From positions 1-64,000 of IMG/VR virus record IMGVR_UViG_3300044842_000325: DNA of 64,000 bases; one strand, written 5' to 3'. Within the stretch, counting starts at the first letter, position 1; the number at the start of each line of letters is the position of its first letter. Positions 6,556 to 15,299 of this stretch are shown here, in pieces. A program made the position numbers and the translations under genes. The DNA is from a virus. Its lineage: Duplodnaviria; Caudoviricetes. Under the pieces are notes generated by a model. It did not search any database, had not been told where the DNA came from, and was given only the letters and a program-made list of their open reading frames with translations.

Positions 6556-9267
6556 TTAGAGAGGACCCAGTGTAGCCGGCGCTTTGTAGATTGCCACCGG
6601 CGGCCACGCGTAGCCCATATCTGCCGACATGGCCGAGAACGGCGACGAGATGCCCTTGATCTTGGTATCGAGAGCATCCATCCAGCCCTGTACCATGTTG
6701 CATGTCGGCGTCACCATTTCATTGCCATTGTTGTCGACCGGGAACGGGATGTCCGGGAAGAAGTCGCGGCGAACAAACACCCACTGCATACGCATGGTCG
6801 TGCCAGCATCCAGCTTGGATGTGTTGAGCGTACCGTCCGTGTTGTGGATCATGGTTTCTTGACCCGTGGGCGGATTCTTCGCAACCCATTCCACCCAGTC
6901 TTGATACATCACCGGATCAGGGTTGCCGGCCGAGATATCAGCCGGTGCGGACCCTGCCGATGTGACGCGGTCCGAGTAAACGAAGTTCTTCTCGTAACGA
7001 CCCTTGGTGTAGTACAGCGACGCCAGCGAGTCTTTGTCCATCGAGTCAACGATGAAACGGAGCGCGGTTGCGCACTTGGCCGAACGCTGACGCATGGCAT
7101 TCCAGCAGCCCGTTTGACGCATCAGCGAAAGCACGCCGGCGAAGTAGCCAGCCTTATAGTCACTCACGCCACGCAGCCACTTCAGACCAGTGAAACCGTT
7201 TTGGCTGTTGCCGTATTCGACCAGACCAGGATTACCGAAACGACGAACTGCCACCAGATCCATGTCGGTCGAATTGTCGATGATCGCTGGTTTGTAGACT
7301 TGGTCATACACCGATTCCAATTCCACTTGCAGACGCTTTTCGATCGTTTCGCGATCGATACCCATCGGGTGGGCCGACGCGATCTTCCAGGCCACCACGA
7401 GCTGCAGCGTGCGCCATGCATGAACACGCGACAGGAAACCAACACGGATGTTGGTATTCGGCTTGGCATCACCCAGCTGACCGCACACGTGCGCGAACAG
7501 ACGTTGGTTGCCGCTGAGCGTGTGAGCCGGGCTGTTGCAGAAGATCGTAGCCAGACCAGGGGCCAAATAGGAGTGGTGTTGATCCACTTCCCAGCCGTTC
7601 CAGAAGCCTTTGTGACCATCCCGCACCGGCGCTGGCCAGTTACCACCATTGGCGATGGCGCGCAGGTCGACGTGTCGTGCCAGTCCACCCGGCACGTAAC
7701 CATAGTCGGAGTAGCCGTAGTAAGCGTGCGAATACGAGATCAAGCCATCGCGCATGTATTCCTTCGGCAACGTCGTGAGGGTCTTCACGTCAGCGATGAA
7801 GGTGTGATGTGCGTGGTGAAAGTAACCGTGGTTGTAACAATCGAGCAGCGTACGATGCGGGACGTTGCCCTTCAGACGGACGCCGTTCGGGCGGGTGAAG
7901 TAACGAATCAGCGGGGTATGCAGCGCACCGCGATCGTGACGCGGACCACCGGGTCCACAGTACCAGTCGTGCATGGAAATCGAACCCGGTTCGACGTTCC
8001 AGCCGCTGAGACGGCTCAAGTGACCTTCATCACCGTGATACGAGATGATGGGGTACAGATACGGATCATCGCCGTAGGTTTCACCCGGGACTTGGGTTGT
8101 TTCCTGACCCCATGGCAACGGCCATTCTGGCGCTGCGTACCAGTGCAGTGTCGAGTTCCATTGATCACGCGACACTTCCAGCGGTACCGAAGCGTTGGTC
8201 GACGCGCCGTTCTTGGCGACCGTGTCACGCATGAAGTGGTCGGTGATACCCGGAAAATATTTCAGGGCGTTCGAGCTATACTTCAGCTTGGCCGACTGCC
8301 AGAAATGCCACTGGCCACAGTTCATGTGGGGACGCAGCCCTTTGGTGTAACCAGGACCGAACAGCTGATCCAGCGACGGATCGTTCACCGGCAGACCATC
8401 ACGCATTTCGATCGTCTTGAGGACGGTCATATCCGAACGCATGATCTTGATCTTGTACGGCTTCGGGAACGTAGTGTCGCGGTCCGGACGGAACGTATCC
8501 GCGAATGGGTAGGTCGGCCATGTGCCGTAAGGCTTGTGGGCCACCACGATCTGATGCACGGGGGTACCGGGCGCATCCAGATTCAGAGCGCCGTTGATCG
8601 TCATCATGGTAGCGCCGAATTCGAATTGGCCGAAGATGACGGTCTTGGAACTTTGTGTCACACGTACATCGCCGATTTCAGCAGCCAGTTCCGCATCTTG
8701 ATAGACGAAGTCTTCGGCGCGCGTATCCAGCGGGATGATGCCGACAGATACCGGCGTTGCCGGATTCGACCAGTCCACCAGTTCGACGAACGCGGGTGCA
8801 TTGGCGTCCAGAGCCACAGCGACTGCGCCCGTACCGGACGGCAGGCTACGCGGACCCGAGATCGACAGCGTGGAGAAACCGAAGCCCGTTTTCGTCGTCG
8901 GATTACCCGACGCTTTGAAATCGCAGGCGCTGTTGGCCAAGCCCAGGGTGCCTTCGATCCAGTGGCCGTTGCCTTCGATACGCAGCACGCTGGCACCCGT
9001 GGTGAGATCGGCCGCCAGCTCAGTTGTTACGGCACCGATAGTGCCAAAACCGATGATGCTACCGCCACTACGCACCGGGCCACCCACCAGTTTGGCGTTG
9101 TAGAATTCGGTACCGGTGTCAAACACCGTGGTCGACGCGGGGTCGCTGGCACGCTTGCAACGCACGGTCAGATCAGTGCCGAGCATGTTCATCAGCGTAA
9201 TGCACCAATCCAGTTTGCTGGTTGCTGCCGCCAGCGAGGTTTGCAATGCCGAATCAAATTTAAGCAT
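6556..9267 (-). CDS. Module protein B1: N-terminal docking domain plus large His/Trp/Tyr-rich domain (putative polysaccharide-degrading enzyme)
   Basis: Paralog of 12530..15232; N-terminal ~145 aa resembles the C-terminus of the 15300..18626 fibre; HGYFHHAHH and GWEVDxxHSY conserved in both copies. Confidence 0.55.
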   Translation of the reverse strand: MLKFDSALQTSLAAATSKLDWCITLMNMLGTDLTVRCKRASDPASTTVFDTGTEFYNAKLVGGPVRSGGSIIGFGTIGAVTTELAADLTTGASVLRIEGNGHWIEGTLGLANSACDFKASGNPTTKTGFGFSTLSISGPRSLPSGTGAVAVALDANAPAFVELVDWSNPATPVSVGIIPLDTRAEDFVYQDAELAAEIGDVRVTQSSKTVIFGQFEFGATMMTINGALNLDAPGTPVHQIVVAHKPYGTWPTYPFADTFRPDRDTTFPKPYKIKIMRSDMTVLKTIEMRDGLPVNDPSLDQLFGPGYTKGLRPHMNCGQWHFWQSAKLKYSSNALKYFPGITDHFMRDTVAKNGASTNASVPLEVSRDQWNSTLHWYAAPEWPLPWGQETTQVPGETYGDDPYLYPIISYHGDEGHLSRLSGWNVEPGSISMHDWYCGPGGPRHDRGALHTPLIRYFTRPNGVRLKGNVPHRTLLDCYNHGYFHHAHHTFIADVKTLTTLPKEYMRDGLISYSHAYYGYSDYGYVPGGLARHVDLRAIANGGNWPAPVRDGHKGFWNGWEVDQHHSYLAPGLATIFCNSPAHTLSGNQRLFAHVCGQLGDAKPNTNIRVGFLSRVHAWRTLQLVVAWKIASAHPMGIDRETIEKRLQVELESVYDQVYKPAIIDNSTDMDLVAVRRFGNPGLVEYGNSQNGFTGLKWLRGVSDYKAGYFAGVLSLMRQTGCWNAMRQRSAKCATALRFIVDSMDKDSLASLYYTKGRYEKNFVYSDRVTSAGSAPADISAGNPDPVMYQDWVEWVAKNPPTGQETMIHNTDGTLNTSKLDAGTTMRMQWVFVRRDFFPDIPFPVDNNGNEMVTPTCNMVQGWMDALDTKIKGISSPFSAMSADMGYAWPPVAIYKAPATLGPL

Positions 9268-9300
9268 GTCTTTTTCCTAATGTCTTGTCAACATCTGAAA

Positions 9301-9339
9301 GTAATCTCCCGGGACGATAAGTCCCGGGAGAGGTATTAC
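9301..9339 (-). terminator. Hairpin between the two duplicated modules
   Basis: CTCCCGGGAC-GATAA-GTCCCGGGAG with GTAAT/ATTAC outer pairing. Confidence 0.65.
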
Positions 9340-9350
9340 TTCACACCGCC

Positions 9351-12300
9351 TTACTTCGGAATCGGCAGGGTGATAGCGCCCTTCAGTTTAAGAACTTTGA
9401 GGGTTGGTGTGGTGACGGTGGCCGGCGTTTGGCTATTCGCCGTGCCGACAACGCGCGCCTGGAAGTTGGTCGTGATGTTGGGTAACTGCACGCCCCACTT
9501 CTTACCGTTGATGGTTGCTCGGAACGGCCCCAACGTAGAACCACTCGGCTTCGGGTCAATGTAGACATCGATCGTAGCGTTCGGGTCACCTTGGTTGTCA
9601 ATCGAACCACTCAGGTTCACCGTCGTGTTGTCGAATGTCTTTTGTTCGACACTTATTACCGGCGCATTGCCGATAGAAGGCGAAGACTCATTCGCCACGA
9701 TGGCGCCCGTGATGGCGATGATGTTAACCGTGTCGGTTTTGCCAAGTTGCGAGCGATTGTAACCGGCCGTGTTTTGCATCACGATCAGCGGGATCTGATA
9801 GTTACCAGGCGGGATGTTCGTCAGTGTGAAGTCGAAATTCACCCGCGTTGCATCGTTCGGGTCAACCGTCAGTGGCAGATTCACGGGCCCTTGTTGCTGT
9901 GCGCCATTGGGGTTGGTGGTATCGGGCAGCAGTGTGATCGTAGCGGCGGTCGGCGTGTACTGAGCCGTCCCCGTCACGCGCACACTTTGACCGGTGGTGT
10001 CGATCAGGTTCAAAGTCACCCGCGGCAACATCTTCACCGGGCTACCTTGGACGCAACCCGGATCAGGCGAGCCGCCGCGAGTATAGCCATGGATGTCGAA
10101 CGAATCGATGGCCGACTCCGAAGCTTTACCCGCCATTGCCGAAGCTGGATCAGGCCGCAGGTCCGACGCCACGTTATTCACAAACGGAGCAGGCGAAGCC
10201 AGTACGGTGAAGCCGGATTTCGGCGTGGTCATCGCTACGTTCGTGTAGTTGTTGAATACGTTCGCATCCGGGATCTGGTCAAGGCCGATGACAGGAACCG
10301 GACCGCAATTGATGAACACGTTATCGAAGATGGTGTTCTTCGCTTGCACGCCCTGCGAATTGTTAGTCGTGATGGCGGCGCCGGTGGCGCTACCGCGGCG
10401 AATGAACGTATTGCAGTTGAGCGGCCCGAAGGACGACATACCGATAGCGTTGCCCGTGCTGGTGTCATCCAGGATAAACAAGCAATCACGAACCGTACCC
10501 GTACCGGTGTATTGACCGATCTGTACGCAGTTATTGGAACTGGTCGATTTGAATCGGCAGCTATTGATGATAGTGTCCGGACCCGCCCCGGACGAACCCA
10601 CCACCAGCATCGACGAACCCGCCAAACTGATACGGAAATCACTGATAATCACCCCTCTCGTGATTGCCCAGTTGTTCGACCCACTGAACTGCAGCTCGAT
10701 ACCTTCGGTGCCGTAGTCAAACGGATCACTTCCGTCTAGGTTGTTTACACTCGTGCCATATACCGGATTCAGATACAACCGGTATTTGTCAGTCGGGTTT
10801 TTGGCTGTCAGATTCGAGGCTGAGCTGACGGCTTGATTTTCATAAACTTCACCCACCAGAGAGATCTGGTTCGCCGTCAGGTCGAATGTAGCTGCGAAGT
10901 CCGTGAACGCTTTGAGGTTAGCGAAGTCTTTACCCGTACCGATCGATTTTATCAGGAAGTACGGACTGCTGGTGCCCGGCTGCGGCGTGATCGCTGCCTT
11001 GGCGGTGTAGGACACACTACCGTTAGTCAGGCCACCGTCGTTGGTCACCGCGATGGTTTTCACACCTCCCGATACCGCCACGTACGTAAACGTAGCCGAC
11101 GCGGTCGAGTTATCCAGCGTCACGAACGGTGGGTTGAACGAACCACCCCCGTTGTTGTCGTTCGGGATCACCTTCACCGGCGCAGACACGTAACCATCAA
11201 TTGCTACCGCGAAGTTACCGCTTTGCGTACCTGCACGTGCCGACGTTGTCGGTGCGGTCAGCGCCACCTGTGTGGCCGGAATCGTCGACTGGTAAACCAG
11301 CGCCGCCGAGTTAGCCAGACCGGCATTGTTGGTGATCGAGATGTTAATGTTGCCAGTATTGGCCGGTGTGTACGTAAACGTACCCGAGCTACTGCCCGAC
11401 AGTGTCAGGGAAGTCGGCGTGAACGTACCACCCGCGCCGCCGTCGCTGGGTGTAACTACGACGTTGTCGAGCGTGCCATCCGGCGTTACCGTGAAGTTGC
11501 TCGAAGCTTGACCGCTGCGGCCGAGCGAGGGACCAGTCAGCGTCAGTTTCGTGGCCGACTGCACCAGCTCATACGCACCGATGTCCCAGGTAATACGGCT
11601 GGTGCCGTAGATGTCCGTTGAACTGGCCGGATAGGTTGCCGACAAATTGATGCCTTTGTCGAACAGATCACTCCCCGCTTTCACGCGGAAGTCATTGGCA
11701 CTGCTGATAAACTGATTCGCGTACGTCAGACTCAGTTGGTTGTGGGTTGCCGCTGTACCACCCGGCGCTTGGTTCCAGTCCGTGGCGTTGTAATCCGATG
11801 CCGAGAAGCTGTTAGGTGCCAAGTCGCGGTTGGTGAAACCGAAGATTGCGCAATTCTTCACCACGCAGGTGCCGTAGTTGTACAGAATCGCGCGAGCTGC
11901 ATCAGTACCATTGACGAAATTCGACGGCCGTACCAGTGTACAGTTGATCAACGTGCCGTTGGTCATCTGTGCTGACGAAGCCACACCCGTGGTATTGTTG
12001 ACAATCAGGCAGTTGTTAAGCGTCGCACCGCCACCAACGTTAGCGGTATAGCTGTTGACGTTGCTATCTGGCGTACCGATGATGATGCAATTCTTGACCA
12101 CCACGCCTGTACCACCGGCACTAAAGTAAGAACCCGTGCCCGTCATCCAGATTTGCAGACCCTCCACCACCGTGTAAGGGCAACTGATCGCCCACATCGC
12201 GAGATACGAACCAGCACATTTGATGGCGACGCCGTTCGCCTTGTTATACCACAGCGGATTGTTGGCCCGATTGGGGTTATTGGCAAAGCCTTGTCCGGCG

Positions 12301-12515
12301 GCCGCACGAAGCGTGATGTTACATGTCGCGTTCGTGGTTTTACCGCTGATGCTTGCTTTACCGTTGGCATCGGTAAATTCGGAGTCGTTATACAACTCAC
12401 CGATATAAGCGTTACCAGACGCGACCACGTCGGTGGGGATCGAGTCGATGAACGCTTGAACGGTGGCGTAGTCTCGGCCCGCAGCTGTACCGATACTCTT
12501 GATGATAGTTGCCAT
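9351..12515 (-). CDS. Module protein A2 (paralog of A1): double beta-helix plus Ig domains
   Basis: Nearly identical N-terminus MATI.KSIGTAAGRDYATVQAFIDSIPTDVVASGNAY; same domain order as A1; start set at ATG 12515 by paralogy and AAGGA RBS. Confidence 0.7.
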   Translation of the reverse strand: MATIIKSIGTAAGRDYATVQAFIDSIPTDVVASGNAYIGELYNDSEFTDANGKASISGKTTNATCNITLRAAAGQGFANNPNRANNPLWYNKANGVAIKCAGSYLAMWAISCPYTVVEGLQIWMTGTGSYFSAGGTGVVVKNCIIIGTPDSNVNSYTANVGGGATLNNCLIVNNTTGVASSAQMTNGTLINCTLVRPSNFVNGTDAARAILYNYGTCVVKNCAIFGFTNRDLAPNSFSASDYNATDWNQAPGGTAATHNQLSLTYANQFISSANDFRVKAGSDLFDKGINLSATYPASSTDIYGTSRITWDIGAYELVQSATKLTLTGPSLGRSGQASSNFTVTPDGTLDNVVVTPSDGGAGGTFTPTSLTLSGSSSGTFTYTPANTGNINISITNNAGLANSAALVYQSTIPATQVALTAPTTSARAGTQSGNFAVAIDGYVSAPVKVIPNDNNGGGSFNPPFVTLDNSTASATFTYVAVSGGVKTIAVTNDGGLTNGSVSYTAKAAITPQPGTSSPYFLIKSIGTGKDFANLKAFTDFAATFDLTANQISLVGEVYENQAVSSASNLTAKNPTDKYRLYLNPVYGTSVNNLDGSDPFDYGTEGIELQFSGSNNWAITRGVIISDFRISLAGSSMLVVGSSGAGPDTIINSCRFKSTSSNNCVQIGQYTGTGTVRDCLFILDDTSTGNAIGMSSFGPLNCNTFIRRGSATGAAITTNNSQGVQAKNTIFDNVFINCGPVPVIGLDQIPDANVFNNYTNVAMTTPKSGFTVLASPAPFVNNVASDLRPDPASAMAGKASESAIDSFDIHGYTRGGSPDPGCVQGSPVKMLPRVTLNLIDTTGQSVRVTGTAQYTPTAATITLLPDTTNPNGAQQQGPVNLPLTVDPNDATRVNFDFTLTNIPPGNYQIPLIVMQNTAGYNRSQLGKTDTVNIIAITGAIVANESSPSIGNAPVISVEQKTFDNTTVNLSGSIDNQGDPNATIDVYIDPKPSGSTLGPFRATINGKKWGVQLPNITTNFQARVVGTANSQTPATVTTPTLKVLKLKGAITLPIPK

Positions 12516-12529
12516 CTTCAATTATCCTT

Positions 12530-15232
12530 TTAGAAAGGGCCTAATGTGGCCGGTGCTTTGTAGATACCGTGCGGTGGCCAGCAGAAGGTCATGTCGTTAC
12601 CCATCTTCGTGAAGTTACTGCTAATACCGTTGATCTTCACTTCCAAGGCATCCAACCAACCTTGGATCATGGTGCAGGTGGCGTTGACGATGTTGGTGTT
12701 GCCATCCATCGGGCTCGGAATCTCCGGGAAGAAATCACGACGCACGAAGGCCCATTGCAGGCGCAGTGCCGTGGTGGCCGCCATGTTAGCCGCGGTCGCA
12801 TTCCCGGCGCTATCGGTCATCAGTGTTTCCTGAGCGGTGGGCGGATGGTTTTGCACCCATTCGTTCCAGTCCTGATAAATCGGCGGATCGGGCATGTTCG
12901 AAGCGATATCGCGGTTCGGGTCGCCTGTCGTTTGGGCTTTGCCGGAATACTCGAAGAATCGCTCGTAACGGCCTTTGCTGTAATACAAGGACATCAACGT
13001 GTCTTTGTCCATGCATTCCACCAAGAACCGCAACGCTGTGTCGCACTTGGCCGAACGGCGACGCATGGCCGCCCAGCAACCCGTCTGGCGCATCAATGAC
13101 AACACCCCAGCGAAATAACCCGCTTTAGAGTCCGTCACTGCACGAATCCATTTGTAGCCAGCATAGCCATTACCCGAAGTACCATATTCGATACTGGAGA
13201 TTTGGCCAAAACGACGCACCGTCACCATGTCGAAATCATTCGACAGGTCGATCATGGCGGGCTTGTAGACGTAATCGTACAACGCTTCCAGTTCATCTTG
13301 GAATCGTGCTTCCACATTTTCGCGGTCCATCCCCATCGAGTGCGTGGTGGCAATCTTCCAGGCCACCGACAGCTGATGCCAGCGCCATGCTTGAACACGA
13401 GTCATGAACACGCTACGGGCACCAGAGCGCGGCGGCGCACTGGCCAACTGAGCGCACACGTGCGCGTACAGCCGCAACGTACCACTCACGGTGTGGGCGG
13501 GACTGTTGCAGAAAATGGTCGCTAATCCAGGCGCGATGTACGAGTGGTTATCGTCCACCTCCCAACCATTCCAGAAACCTTTATGACCATCGCGGACTGG
13601 CTTCGGCCAGTTACCTTGGTTGGGGATACCTTGCAGGTCGATGTGGCGGGTAAAACCGCCCGGCACATACGCGTTGTAGTTACCGTAGTACGCATTGGCC
13701 CACGCGATTTGACCATAACGCATGTACTCACGCGGCAGCATGGCAAACGTTTTCACGTCCGGCATGAGCATGTGGTGAGCGTGATGGAAGTAACCGTGAT
13801 TGTAGCAGTCCAGCAACTGGCGATGGGGAACGTTACCTTTCAGCCGCACGCCGTTCGGGTTGTTGAAGTAACGCACCAGCGGAGTACCCAGAGCCGACCG
13901 ATCGTGACGCGGTCCGCCGGGTCCGATGAACCAATCATGCATCGAAATCGAGCCAGGCTCGACATTCCAACCAGCCAGTAACGAAAGGTGACCTTCATCG
14001 CCATGATAGTCCGGCACGAACAGATAGGGATCGTCATCGTACGTGTAACCAGGTTGGCGAGCCTGCGAGGTGAAATACGCAATCGGCCATTCCGGCGCAG
14101 CATACCAGTGCAGTGTCGAGTTCCATTGATCGCTGTTAACTTCCAGCGGAATACGCGCATTCGACGAAATGCCGTTTTTGGCCATCGTTTCACGCTGCGA
14201 TTGCAACGTGGTGCCCGGGAAATACTTGAGGGCATTGGAATTGTACTTGAGGCGGTCGGATTGCCAGAAATGCCATTGACCGCAATTCATGTGCGGGCGC
14301 AGGCCCTTGGTGTAACCAGGACCGAACAGCTGATCCAACGACGGATCATTGACCGGCAAGCCGTCACGCATCTCGATGGTTTTCAAGATGGTGTTATCAG
14401 CTTTACGGATTTTGATTTTGTACGGTTTCGGGAAGGTTGTATCCCGATCACGTCGGAACGTATCCGCAAACGGATACGACGGCCAGGTGCCGTAGGGTTT
14501 ATGAGCGACAACAACTTGGTGCACGGGCGTACCCGGCTTATCCAGATTCAGTCCACCGTGAATGGTGAACATCGTCACACCGAATTCGAATTGACCATAC
14601 ACGATGGTTTTCGAGCTTTGGGTGATTCGCACGTCGCCGATTTCGGCGGCCAATTCGTCATCTTGGTAAACGAAGTCTTCAGCCCGAGTATCGAGCGGAA
14701 TCCGTCCAACCAGCACCACGTTGTTCGGATCGTTCCAATCTTCCAGCTCGATAAATGCCGGCGCATTGTCGTCCAGCGACGGTGCGACAGGGCCAGTACC
14801 CGAAGGCAAACTGCGCGGCGGCGAGATGGTAAGTGGTACGAATGCCATGCCGGTGCTGGCCGTCGGGTTTTGCGGTACCTTGAAGTCACAGGAACTGTTG
14901 GTCAGCCCCAATGTGCCTTCGATCCAGTGCCCGTTACCCTCGATACGCAGTACGCTGGCGCCGGTACTGAGATCCGCAGCCAAGTGGATGGTTGCGTTAA
15001 CAATCGTGCCAAACTTGACAATCGAGCTGCCCGAACGGGCCGGCGCTTCCGGCACCGAAGCCGAAAAGAATTCTGTACCCGTGTCGAACACGGTGGTGGA
15101 GGCGGAGTCAGCGCTACGTTTGCAGCGAATTTTCAGATCACTGCCCAGCGCGTTGACGAGCGTGATGCACCAGTCAAGCTTACTGATGGCCGACGCCAAC
15201 GAACTTTGTAATGCAGAATCAAATTTAAGCAT
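12530..15232 (-). CDS. Module protein B2 (paralog of B1)
   Basis: Colinear with B1 from MLKFDSALQ.SLA.A.SKLDWCITL to IYKAPATLGP. Confidence 0.55.
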   Translation of the reverse strand: MLKFDSALQSSLASAISKLDWCITLVNALGSDLKIRCKRSADSASTTVFDTGTEFFSASVPEAPARSGSSIVKFGTIVNATIHLAADLSTGASVLRIEGNGHWIEGTLGLTNSSCDFKVPQNPTASTGMAFVPLTISPPRSLPSGTGPVAPSLDDNAPAFIELEDWNDPNNVVLVGRIPLDTRAEDFVYQDDELAAEIGDVRITQSSKTIVYGQFEFGVTMFTIHGGLNLDKPGTPVHQVVVAHKPYGTWPSYPFADTFRRDRDTTFPKPYKIKIRKADNTILKTIEMRDGLPVNDPSLDQLFGPGYTKGLRPHMNCGQWHFWQSDRLKYNSNALKYFPGTTLQSQRETMAKNGISSNARIPLEVNSDQWNSTLHWYAAPEWPIAYFTSQARQPGYTYDDDPYLFVPDYHGDEGHLSLLAGWNVEPGSISMHDWFIGPGGPRHDRSALGTPLVRYFNNPNGVRLKGNVPHRQLLDCYNHGYFHHAHHMLMPDVKTFAMLPREYMRYGQIAWANAYYGNYNAYVPGGFTRHIDLQGIPNQGNWPKPVRDGHKGFWNGWEVDDNHSYIAPGLATIFCNSPAHTVSGTLRLYAHVCAQLASAPPRSGARSVFMTRVQAWRWHQLSVAWKIATTHSMGMDRENVEARFQDELEALYDYVYKPAMIDLSNDFDMVTVRRFGQISSIEYGTSGNGYAGYKWIRAVTDSKAGYFAGVLSLMRQTGCWAAMRRRSAKCDTALRFLVECMDKDTLMSLYYSKGRYERFFEYSGKAQTTGDPNRDIASNMPDPPIYQDWNEWVQNHPPTAQETLMTDSAGNATAANMAATTALRLQWAFVRRDFFPEIPSPMDGNTNIVNATCTMIQGWLDALEVKINGISSNFTKMGNDMTFCWPPHGIYKAPATLGPF

Positions 15233-15249
15233 TTTTTCGTCCGGTTAAA

Positions 15250-15278
15250 TGTCCCCGAGAAACCTTCTCCCGGGGACA
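15250..15278 (-). terminator. Hairpin after the tail fibre gene
   Basis: TGTCCCCG...CGGGGACA inverted repeat in the intergenic gap. Confidence 0.5.
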
Positions 15279-15299
15279 CGTCATTGGTTGATGATACGA

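Larger units (their letters stand above)
3397..15232 (-). repeat. Tandem duplication of a ~5.97-kb two-gene (B-A) module
   Basis: Offset is about 5965-5974 bp; identical 31-bp patch TTGGTGTAACCAGGACCGAACAGCTGATCCA at 8342-8372 and 14307-14337. Confidence 0.9.

Noticed and set aside
6844-9564. 906-aa plus-strand ORF (also 13988..15211, 15249..16325, 16374..18182)
   Set aside because: Antisense shadows of real minus-strand genes caused by codon bias; Arg/His/Val-rich with no motifs; not conserved as one ORF in the duplicate copy
3397-15232. Diversity-generating retroelement or invertible shufflon behind the fibre paralogs
   Set aside because: No reverse transcriptase or recombinase in the window, no adenine-specific TR/VR pair noticed, and both copies are full-length direct repeats
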